Assembly (NCBI GenBank): GCA_016208465.1
Contig: JACQXZ010000064.1
Span: 1-55,217 of the forward strand
DNA: 55,217 bases
Source: Actinomycetota bacterium
Lineage (GTDB): Bacteria > Actinomycetota > Aquicultoria > JACQXZ01
Direction: 5' to 3'
Shown here: positions 1 to 7,179 of the stretch, piece by piece
How positions within the stretch are numbered: position 1 is the stretch's first letter
How the letters are laid out: every line of letters begins with the position of its first letter
Notes under the pieces: model-generated
Told to the model about the DNA's origin: nothing
The model's database searches: none
The model's input: only the letters and a program-made list of their open reading frames with translations
Translations under genes and position numbers: made by a program

Positions 1-138
1 AAGATATATCACTTGACTTATACTCTATCCTCGTATTGAGGAAGTGTTTCTGAAGAGCCGTGTGAGGGAAATCCTCACGCACGGTTCTGTGAGGGGCATT
101 AAGTAACCAAATGAGGTTATAAAGGATGTCTACTCGAC
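1..138 (+). mobile_element. 3' end of a group II intron (domain V 55-87, domain VI 91-135, 3' splice site after 138); the rest lies upstream of the window
   Basis: 55-87 gagccgtgtgagggaaatcctcacgcacggttc fits the domain V consensus (AGC triad, 2-nt bulge on the 3' strand, purine-rich loop). A 3-nt linker follows. 91-135 pairs as gaggggcat/atgtct(A)ctc with bulged A132, six nt before an AC terminus, as in Ll.LtrB. Confidence 0.75.
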
Positions 139-224
139 AGCATCGGGGCTTGTCCCCGACGAAGATAGCAGTGAGACGTAAGACAATAAGTTAGGTTTTT
201 CCTCAAAGCGAGTGGGTAAATAAA

Positions 225-256
225 TTCCCCTCTAAAAAGAGGGGTGCAGGGGTGTG
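225..256. repeat. C-run/G-run hairpin repeat
   Basis: ttcccctctaaaaagaggggtgcaggggtgtg: a CCCCT/AGGGG stem followed by a second G-run. Confidence 0.7.
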
Positions 257-338
257 TAGAAATGAAAATCATCTATAATTCAGGCATCAAAGAATCATAC
301 GCAAAAGCAGGACAGGGAAGGGAAAAAACGGAGAATTA

Positions 339-1394
339 ATGAGAAGAACATCAAAACAAATAAAAATTGGTAATTTAAAAATTGGCGGGAATGAACCTAT
401 ATTGGTTCAATCAATGACAAATACGAAAACTTCGGATGTTTCAGCTACGGTTAATCAGATTAAAGAACTCGAAAAAGCAGGCTGTGAGATAGTGCGGGTG
501 GCTGTTTTAGACAAGAAATCCGCGGAAGTTCTTGGTGAAATAAAAAGGAGAATAAATATTCCATTGGTGGCTGATATTCATTTTGATTACCGTCTTGCTT
601 TAATTGCGCTGGAAAATGGAATTGATAAATTAAGAATAAATCCGGGCAACATCGGAAGTTATGAAAGAGTAAAAGCAATAGTTGAGAAAACCAAAGAAAA
701 AGAAGTTCCAATAAGAATTGGAGTAAACTCTGGGTCAGTTGCGGATAAATATATGAATCGAAGCAAAAATTTAGTTAAAGCTCTTGTTGACAGCGCTCTT
801 GATAGTATTGAAATTTTAGAAAGTCTGGGTTTTTATGATATTGTGCTTTCGGTAAAAGCTTCTTCTGTTCCAGTGACCATCGAGGCATATCAATTGCTTG
901 CTAAACAAGTTGATTATCCTTTGCACATAGGAATAACAGAAGCAGGTACGATTCTTTCAGGCACAGTTAAATCCGCAGTCGGATTAGGTGTTCTTCTTTA
1001 TGAAGGGGTAGGGGACACGATAAGAGTTTCTCTTACGGCTAATCCTGTTGAGGAAGTTAAAGTTGGATATAAAATATTAAATTCTTTAGACTTAAGAAAA
1101 CGGGGAGTAGATATAATATCTTGTCCCACTTGCGGCCGTTGCGAGATTGATTTAATTGAAATGGTAAATGAAATTGAAAAAAGACTAGAGTCTTGCGCCT
1201 ATCCATTAAAAATCGCGGTAATGGGTTGCGTGGTGAATGGACCGGGCGAAGCAAAAGAAGCAGACATTGGTGTAGCCGGAGGAAAAAAAGAAGGACTTAT
1301 TTTCGCGAAAGGCAAAACATTAAGAAAAGTTGCTCAGGAAGATATTGTTGATGTTTTGATGGCTGAAATAGAGAATAGGAAGATAGAGATTTGA
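339..1394 (+). CDS. ispG: 4-hydroxy-3-methylbut-2-en-1-yl diphosphate synthase (IspG/GcpE)
   Basis: 351-aa ORF, GcpE-like along its length; C-terminal Fe-S cysteines CPTCGRC ... GCVVNGPGE. Confidence 0.93.
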   Translation: MRRTSKQIKIGNLKIGGNEPILVQSMTNTKTSDVSATVNQIKELEKAGCEIVRVAVLDKKSAEVLGEIKRRINIPLVADIHFDYRLALIALENGIDKLRINPGNIGSYERVKAIVEKTKEKEVPIRIGVNSGSVADKYMNRSKNLVKALVDSALDSIEILESLGFYDIVLSVKASSVPVTIEAYQLLAKQVDYPLHIGITEAGTILSGTVKSAVGLGVLLYEGVGDTIRVSLTANPVEEVKVGYKILNSLDLRKRGVDIISCPTCGRCEIDLIEMVNEIEKRLESCAYPLKIAVMGCVVNGPGEAKEADIGVAGGKKEGLIFAKGKTLRKVAQEDIVDVLMAEIENRKIEI

Positions 1395-1422
1395 GATAGA
1401 GATAGATAAGGAGGAGACTTTT

Positions 1423-3126
1423 GTGCGTTTTTCTAAATTATTTGCGCCTACACTTAAAGAAGATCCGGCGGAGGCAGAAATTATAAGTCATAAACTATTG
1501 GTAAGGGCAGGCATGCTTAGAAAGGTTGCTTCTGGTATCTATTCATATCTTCCTTTAGGCTTCAAGGTTCTTAATAAAGTGATAAATATTGTCAGAGAAG
1601 AAATGGATAAAGCAGGAGCAGAAGAGCTTTTAATGTCTGCGCTTCAGCCTGCGGAGATTTGGCAAAAGAGTGGAAGGTGGGCCGAGTATGGTCCTGAGAT
1701 GATGCGGTTAAAAGACAGGGGGAACAGGGATTTTTGTCTTGGTCCTACGCATGAGGAATTAATTACAACTATTGTTATGAATGAAATGCTTTCTTATCGC
1801 CAGCTTCCGGTTACTCTTTATCAGATTCAGGTAAAATTCAGAGATGAAATAAGACCTCGTTTTGGTTTGATGCGGGGAAGAGAATTTATTATGAAGGATG
1901 CATATAGTTTTGATCTAAATGAAAAGACTCTTCAGGAATCATATAAAAAAATGCATGGCGCTTATTCGAGAATACTAGAGCGCTGCGGTCTTGAATACCG
2001 GGCGGTTGAAGCTGAATCTGGTTTAATCGGCGGTGATGTCTCGCAGGAATTTATGGTTTTGGCTGACAATGGAGAAGAGGCAATTGTCTATTGCGACAAA
2101 TGTTCATATGCGGCTAACAGGGAAGCGGCGAAAACGGCAAAAACTGAAGGCGAAAGTGATGATTTTAAACTCTTAGAAGAGGTTAATACACCAGAACGAA
2201 AAACCATAAGCGAAGTGAGCGAATTTTTAAGGATTTCTCCCAAAAATATTGTTAAAACTTTGATTTATCAGACAGAATATGGAATAAAAATTGTACTGGT
2301 TCGCGGCGACAGGGAAGTTAATCAGGAGAAATTGAACAGAGTTATTGAAACCGACAAGGTTACACTTCTCTCAAATGAGGAATTTGGTAGATATTCTGAT
2401 TTGATTCCCGGTTACAGTGGTCCGGTTGGTCTTAATAACTATGAGATTATCGGGGATAATGAGATTTTAAGTATGCGCAATTTTGTTGTTGGTGCAAATA
2501 AAAAAAATACTCATTTTGTAAACGTTAATATAGAGCGTGATTTTAAAGTTGATAAATGGGGGGATTTCGTTTTTATTAACGAAGGAGACAAGTGTCCTAG
2601 TTGCGGTGGAATTTTAAAGATTACTCGAGGGATAGAAATTGGCCATATTTTTCAATTGGGTGATAAATACAGCAAAGCGTTAAACGCAACGTTTTTAGAT
2701 GAAAATGGAGAAAGGCGTTTTTACACAATTGGTTGTTATGGGATTGGCGTGAGCCGCCTTGTTCAGGCAACCATTGAACAAAATCACGACGATAAGGGAA
2801 TTATCTGGCCGATTCCTCTTGCTCCATTTAAAGTAATAGTTATCGTTCTTAACACAAAAGACGAAGAGCAAAACACTATTGGAGAGAATATATATAATGG
2901 ATTACTAAATAAAGATGTTGAAGTGATTATTGATGATCGCGAAGAAAGCGCCGGCAAAAAATTTGCCGATGCGGATTTAATTGGTGTTCCGTATCAGATT
3001 ATTATTGGCAAAAGAACAAAGGCTGGTTCCAAAGTGGAATTGAAAACCAGAAAAGATAATCAGAAAACAGAAATACCCATTGAGGATGCAGTAGAAAAAG
3101 TTTGTTTATTGCTGAGGGCAGATTAA
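1423..3126 (+). CDS. proS: proline--tRNA ligase, bacterial type with editing insertion
   Basis: 567 aa with class II aaRS core, INS domain and C-terminal anticodon-binding domain. GTG start 8 nt after aaggagg. Confidence 0.93.
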   Translation: MRFSKLFAPTLKEDPAEAEIISHKLLVRAGMLRKVASGIYSYLPLGFKVLNKVINIVREEMDKAGAEELLMSALQPAEIWQKSGRWAEYGPEMMRLKDRGNRDFCLGPTHEELITTIVMNEMLSYRQLPVTLYQIQVKFRDEIRPRFGLMRGREFIMKDAYSFDLNEKTLQESYKKMHGAYSRILERCGLEYRAVEAESGLIGGDVSQEFMVLADNGEEAIVYCDKCSYAANREAAKTAKTEGESDDFKLLEEVNTPERKTISEVSEFLRISPKNIVKTLIYQTEYGIKIVLVRGDREVNQEKLNRVIETDKVTLLSNEEFGRYSDLIPGYSGPVGLNNYEIIGDNEILSMRNFVVGANKKNTHFVNVNIERDFKVDKWGDFVFINEGDKCPSCGGILKITRGIEIGHIFQLGDKYSKALNATFLDENGERRFYTIGCYGIGVSRLVQATIEQNHDDKGIIWPIPLAPFKVIVIVLNTKDEEQNTIGENIYNGLLNKDVEVIIDDREESAGKKFADADLIGVPYQIIIGKRTKAGSKVELKTRKDNQKTEIPIEDAVEKVCLLLRAD

Positions 3127-3130
3127 TGCA

Positions 3131-3170
3131 TTCCCCTCTCCCCTTGTGGGAGAGGGTCAGGGTGAGGGGT
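3131..3170. repeat. C-run/G-run hairpin repeat in the proS-GT2 spacer
   Basis: ttcccctctccccttgtgggagagggtcagggtgaggggt. Its 3' G-run doubles as the RBS of the next gene. Confidence 0.7.
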
Positions 3171-3175
3171 GAAGA

Positions 3176-3829
3176 ATGAGTTTAAGTAATTCGGAAAAGA
3201 TTGCTGTTATAATTCCAGCTCTTAACGAAGAAGAAAGAATTGAGTCGGTTTTAGATATTGTGACTAATCTTTCCTTGATTGATGAAGTTATTGTGGTTGA
3301 TGATGGTTCAATCGATAATACTTCGGAGATTGTAAAGAAAAATCCACGGGTTAAATTAATCAGTCATTCGGAAAATAAGGGTAAAGGCGGGGCGATAGCA
3401 ACCGGAATAAATTCAACAAACGCTGAAATCCTTGTTTTTATCGACGCTGATTTAATTGGTTTAACTGAAGAGCATCTTAGGGATTTAATTGAACCTGTTT
3501 TGGAAGATAAAAACCTGATGATGACCATAGGGAAGTTTGAGAGTGGTCGTTTAAGAACTGATTTGGCTCAAAAGATAAGCCCTTTTCTTTCAGGTCAAAG
3601 AGTAATTCGCCGGGAATTTTTAAATGGAATAGGGAATTTTGAGTCCTCTGGTTTTGGTGTTGAAATATATTTCACAAAACACGCGAAAGATTTGAGGCTA
3701 AAAACAAAGGAAATAAGATTGAGCAATATTAGCCATGTTATGAAAGAAGAAAAACTTGGATTTAAAGATGGCGTTATAGCTCGTCTGAATATGTATAAGG
3801 ATATTTTTAGCGTAAGACGTAAGGCGTAG
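3176..3829 (+). CDS. family 2 (GT-A) glycosyltransferase
   Basis: AVIIPALNEE...VVDDGSIDNT...FIDADL motifs. The last codons and the stop lie in a GCGTAAG-type repeat. Confidence 0.8.
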   Translation: MSLSNSEKIAVIIPALNEEERIESVLDIVTNLSLIDEVIVVDDGSIDNTSEIVKKNPRVKLISHSENKGKGGAIATGINSTNAEILVFIDADLIGLTEEHLRDLIEPVLEDKNLMMTIGKFESGRLRTDLAQKISPFLSGQRVIRREFLNGIGNFESSGFGVEIYFTKHAKDLRLKTKEIRLSNISHVMKEEKLGFKDGVIARLNMYKDIFSVRRKA

Positions 3830-3936
3830 ATTAGAATACAGAAAACAGAATACAGAAAGAAACTCTTGTTTGTCATTGCGAGCGACCAGAGGGAGCGTGG
3901 CAATCTCTTAAGATTCTTCACTTCGTTCAGAATGAC
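3810..3936. repeat. cluster of three repeat words (GCGTAAGACG, CAGAATACAGAA, GTCATTGCGAG hairpin)
   Basis: agcgtaagacgtaaggcgtag / tagaatacagaaaacagaatacagaaag / gtcattgcgagcgacc...cttcgttcagaatgac. Confidence 0.8.
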
Positions 3937-4021
3937 AGGTTTTTATGACAATTTAAAAAGGAATTTATGGTTTTAAGGAGAACTTAGAGGTATGTAAATT
4001 TATTTTTAAGGAGTGATTATT

Positions 4022-4414
4022 ATGGCGGATCAAGAACTTGCTCCTAATGAGTTATCTACCAAGACCGGAATGGATTTTCGTTTAGCAGGATTGCTTTGTT
4101 ATGTATTAGGATGGATTAGCGGTTTAATTTTTTATGTGATAGAAAAAGATAACAAATTTGTCAGATTTCATGCAATGCAGTCAATTCTTTTATCAGTTGG
4201 GTGGTTTGTTATTTATATAGGTATTTTTATCATTACATCAATAGCCGGCGCTGTTCCTTATCTTGGTTTTATTTTTAATGTAATAATGGGACTGGTTAAT
4301 TTGGTTATTGGTTTAGGCGCATTTGTTCTTTGGATATTTATGATGGTCAAAGCATATAATGGTGAAAAATACAAGCTCCCTTTGATTGGTGATATGGCGG
4401 AGAAGAATGCTTAA
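4022..4414 (+). CDS. DUF4870-like small membrane protein
   Basis: Multi-TM ORF with FHAMQS motif. ATG 4022 is 9 nt after taaggag; the track start GTG 4013 abuts the RBS. Confidence 0.7.
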   Translation: MADQELAPNELSTKTGMDFRLAGLLCYVLGWISGLIFYVIEKDNKFVRFHAMQSILLSVGWFVIYIGIFIITSIAGAVPYLGFIFNVIMGLVNLVIGLGAFVLWIFMMVKAYNGEKYKLPLIGDMAEKNA

Positions 4415-4438
4415 ACAACCTTAGTGTTTTAGGGCTTA

Positions 4439-4640
4439 AATCTCTTTTGGGTTCAATTCCCCGCAGCTTGCTGAGCGTCGTAGGAATTGCTTTATGTTTC
4501 TTGTTGTTGGAATTCAGTAGTCAGTAGTCAGTAGTCAGAATTCAGAAAAATACTAACCCCTATATTTCTATTTGTATTTCTTCTGTCTCCTGTATTCTGA
4601 ATACCTGATACCTCGCAGCTTGCTGCGAGGTAGTTCATTA
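4439..4640 (+). repeat. composite repeat Element A, copy 1 (~200 bp)
   Basis: Collinear with 41954-42152. Shared ends: aatctctt.tgggttcaattccccgc.gcttgc and gatacctcgcagcttgct.cgaggtagttcatta. Internal cagtagtcag and ctgtattctg runs. Confidence 0.85.
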
Positions 4641-4790
4641 GCTACTTGAATTTTGCATTATAATTTTTTCATTTTGATATGTATTTTTAAGTTCCTTCGC
4701 TTCGCTCGAGGACAAGTTTTATCTTTTATTTTTGATTTAGTCTCTGTTTTTAAACATTGTAATTTGAGATTTGTAATTTGTAATTTTCGG
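4641..4790. repeat. rearranged AT-rich composite repeat (shares arms with Element C)
   Basis: cttgaattttgcattataattttttcattttgatatgtattttt and aagttccttcgcttcgctcgaggacaagtttt (reverse complement of the word at 16868-16898). Confidence 0.7.
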
Positions 4791-4870
4791 CTTATTAGGG
4801 TATTTCATAATTCTTGATTAAAGCTAAGCGGTATGCTATTATAAATTTTGCCTCTAGAGAAATAAATTTT

Positions 4871-4900
4871 AGAGTGGGTTTAAGACCCACTCTTTTATTT
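4871..4900 (+). terminator. intrinsic terminator / attenuator hairpin in the rimP-nusA-infB leader
   Basis: agagtgggt-ttaag-acccactct followed by ttttattt, about 20 nt before the rimP ORF. Confidence 0.6.
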
Positions 4901-4921
4901 AGGGGGTAAAGAAATGAAGAT

Positions 4922-5413
4922 ATGTCAGTTATTTTCGGAGCAAAAATGGTTTCGACGAAAGATTTTATTAAGAAAATTGAAGATTTTACAACACCTCTTT
5001 TAGACAAAGAAGGAATAGAGCTAGTAGATATAGAGTGGGTTAAAGAGCCAGCGGGCAGATTTTTGAGATTTTTTATTGATAAAGAGGGCGGCGTGAACCT
5101 TGATACCTGCGCAAAGATGAGTGAGGTTTTAAGCAGAGCATTGGATCAAGTCAATATTATTTCAGATCCTTGCACGTTGGAAGTTTCATCGCCGGGAATT
5201 GAAAGACCATTGAAGAAATTGGAACATTTCAGAAGGCATATTAATTCAGAAATTTATGTGAAGCTTTTTAAGCCAATTGAAAACCAAAAAGAATTTGAAG
5301 GAATCTTAAAATCTGTATATGAAAATGGTATTGTTCTTGAATTTAACAAAAAGTTGGTTGAGATTTCTTTTGATTTGATTGCGAAAGCTCATCCTGTTGT
5401 AAGGTTTTTTTAA
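4922..5413 (+). CDS. rimP: ribosome maturation factor RimP
   Basis: IELVDIEW...FLRFFIDKEGGV...LEVSSPGIERPL, upstream of nusA. Start uncertain (alternative ATG at 4946). Confidence 0.88.
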   Translation: MSVIFGAKMVSTKDFIKKIEDFTTPLLDKEGIELVDIEWVKEPAGRFLRFFIDKEGGVNLDTCAKMSEVLSRALDQVNIISDPCTLEVSSPGIERPLKKLEHFRRHINSEIYVKLFKPIENQKEFEGILKSVYENGIVLEFNKKLVEISFDLIAKAHPVVRFF

Positions 5414-5609
5414 CTCAGTTTTGCATTAGGTTTCGATGAGAAGCGCAGGAATTTTGCTTTTAGGCAAGGAAGACGAGACTTTTTGGCGCAGGCGTACTTG
5501 ATTGTACATCGAGCACAAAAAGTTTCGGCTGACACAGCATAAAAGCAAAATAACAAGCTTATCGCGAAAGATAGTGCAAAATCTGAGTTTAATGAGTAAG
5601 GAGAGAGTA

Positions 5610-6779
5610 ATGAGTTCAGAACTTATTGAAGCATTAAAGCAAATTGAAAGAGAAAAGGGTATCAATTCAGAAATGATTTTGAATGCCCTTGAGACTGCTT
5701 TGATTTCTGCTTACAGAAAAGACTATGGCACTGTTCCAAATATTCGGGTTGAGATAGACAGAAAAACCGGAGAGGTTAAAGTTTTGTCTTCCCGGAAATC
5801 AGAAGAAAGCGATGAAGTGATTGAAGTCGAGGTAACTCCCGATGATTTTGGCAGAATCGCAACCCAGACTGCTAAGCAAATTATTCTTCAGCGAATCAGA
5901 GAAGCTGAACGTGATATAATGTATGAAGAATATAGCGACCGTCAAGGTGATATTGTAACAGGGATTGTAGAGCAGACGGATCAGCGCTATACATTAATTA
6001 ACTTAGGTAAAGTAGAGGCGCTTTTGCCGCCGGGTGAACAGGTTGTAGGCGAAAGATATGATCATGGTTCACGATTAAAGGTTTATGTGCTTGAAGTTCG
6101 ACGGACAAGCAAGGGACCACAGATAATTGTGTCACGGAGCCACCCCGGTCTCATTAAAAGGTTGTTTGAGCTGGAGGTCCCCGAGGTTTATGATGGTTTT
6201 GTGGAAATAAAGTCTGTTGCCAGGGAAGCTGGTTATCGTTCAAAAATCGCTGTTGCCTCAAAGGATTCGGGGGTTGATCCGGTAGGAGCTTGTGTCGGCC
6301 CCAAGGGTTCCAGAGTAAGAATGGTGGTAAATGAATTAAGAGGAGAAAAAATTGATATCGTTCAATGGAGCGAAGATCCGGCTGTGTTTGTTTCGAACGC
6401 TTTAAGTCCAGCTAAGGTTAAAGAGGTGAGTGTTGATTTAGAAAAGAATACGGCTAGTGTGATTGTTCCTGATTTTCAGCTCTCTTTGGCTATTGGGAAA
6501 GAAGGACAGAATGCAAGACTTGCGGCAAAATTAACCGGATGGCGTATTGATATAAAAAGCGAGACACAGGCAAAAGAAGGTCTTTCTGCGATAGTTAGCG
6601 AGCCCGACGAGGGTGAATCGGTCAAAGAAAAAGTCGCTGATGGTTTGAGTGAAGAGATTAAAGAGAAGACTGAAAGTTCAGAGGGACAATGTCAAGCGGT
6701 TACCTCAGCAGGACATCAGTGCAAGAATACGGCAAAGCCGGGGAGCAATTATTGCGGTGTCCATTTACGTAATAAATAG
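5610..6779 (+). CDS. nusA: transcription termination/antitermination factor NusA with an extra C-terminal Cys/His tail
   Basis: S1 and two KH domains (GPKGSRV, IGKEGQNARLA). ATG 5610 follows aaggagag; the track ORF start 5502 lies in the leader. Confidence 0.92.
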   Translation: MSSELIEALKQIEREKGINSEMILNALETALISAYRKDYGTVPNIRVEIDRKTGEVKVLSSRKSEESDEVIEVEVTPDDFGRIATQTAKQIILQRIREAERDIMYEEYSDRQGDIVTGIVEQTDQRYTLINLGKVEALLPPGEQVVGERYDHGSRLKVYVLEVRRTSKGPQIIVSRSHPGLIKRLFELEVPEVYDGFVEIKSVAREAGYRSKIAVASKDSGVDPVGACVGPKGSRVRMVVNELRGEKIDIVQWSEDPAVFVSNALSPAKVKEVSVDLEKNTASVIVPDFQLSLAIGKEGQNARLAAKLTGWRIDIKSETQAKEGLSAIVSEPDEGESVKEKVADGLSEEIKEKTESSEGQCQAVTSAGHQCKNTAKPGSNYCGVHLRNK

Positions 6780-6852
6780 GTCACAAAGTCACAAGACACA
6801 AGTAGGGTCCCGATAGAATCGGGGCAAACGCAGACCTAAAGGTTTACCCTAC
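6780..6852. repeat. GTCACAAG-word solo arm plus a tagggt...accctac hairpin, downstream of nusA
   Basis: gtcacaaagtcacaagacacaag, then tagggtcccgatagaatcggggc...ggtttaccctac. Confidence 0.7.
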
Positions 6853-6873
6853 AAGTGCGTTGGAGATGTTATT

Positions 6874-7176
6874 ATGGAGAAAATAAAAAAGGTTCCAATG
6901 AGAAGATGCATTGGATGCCGAGAGACTAAACCAAAAAAAGAGTTAATTAGAATAGTTCTTTCTCCTGAAAATAAGATTTTTATTGATTTAAAAGGGAAAG
7001 CAAACGGACGGGGAACATATATCTGTTATAATGATAAATGTTTTATAGAGGCATTAAAGAAGAAAAGGATTTCATACGCATTAAAAACCGAAATTGATAC
7101 GGACGAACTGGATCGATTAAAAACTGAAATTAATGTTTTGTTAAAACAAGAAACTATGCCCGGTTCAGGAAGGTGA
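6874..7176 (+). CDS. ylxR: YlxR/DUF448 RNA-binding protein
   Basis: RRCIGCRE...GRGTYIC motif; canonical position between nusA and infB. Confidence 0.88.
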   Translation: MEKIKKVPMRRCIGCRETKPKKELIRIVLSPENKIFIDLKGKANGRGTYICYNDKCFIEALKKKRISYALKTEIDTDELDRLKTEINVLLKQETMPGSGR

Positions 7177-7179
7177 AAT

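Noticed and set aside
4449-4466. tRNA-like GGTTCAATTCC T-loop motif (also at 41965-41982)
   Set aside because: No acceptor, D or anticodon arms can be built around it. It is part of repeat Element A. At most it is a tRNA-derived relic.
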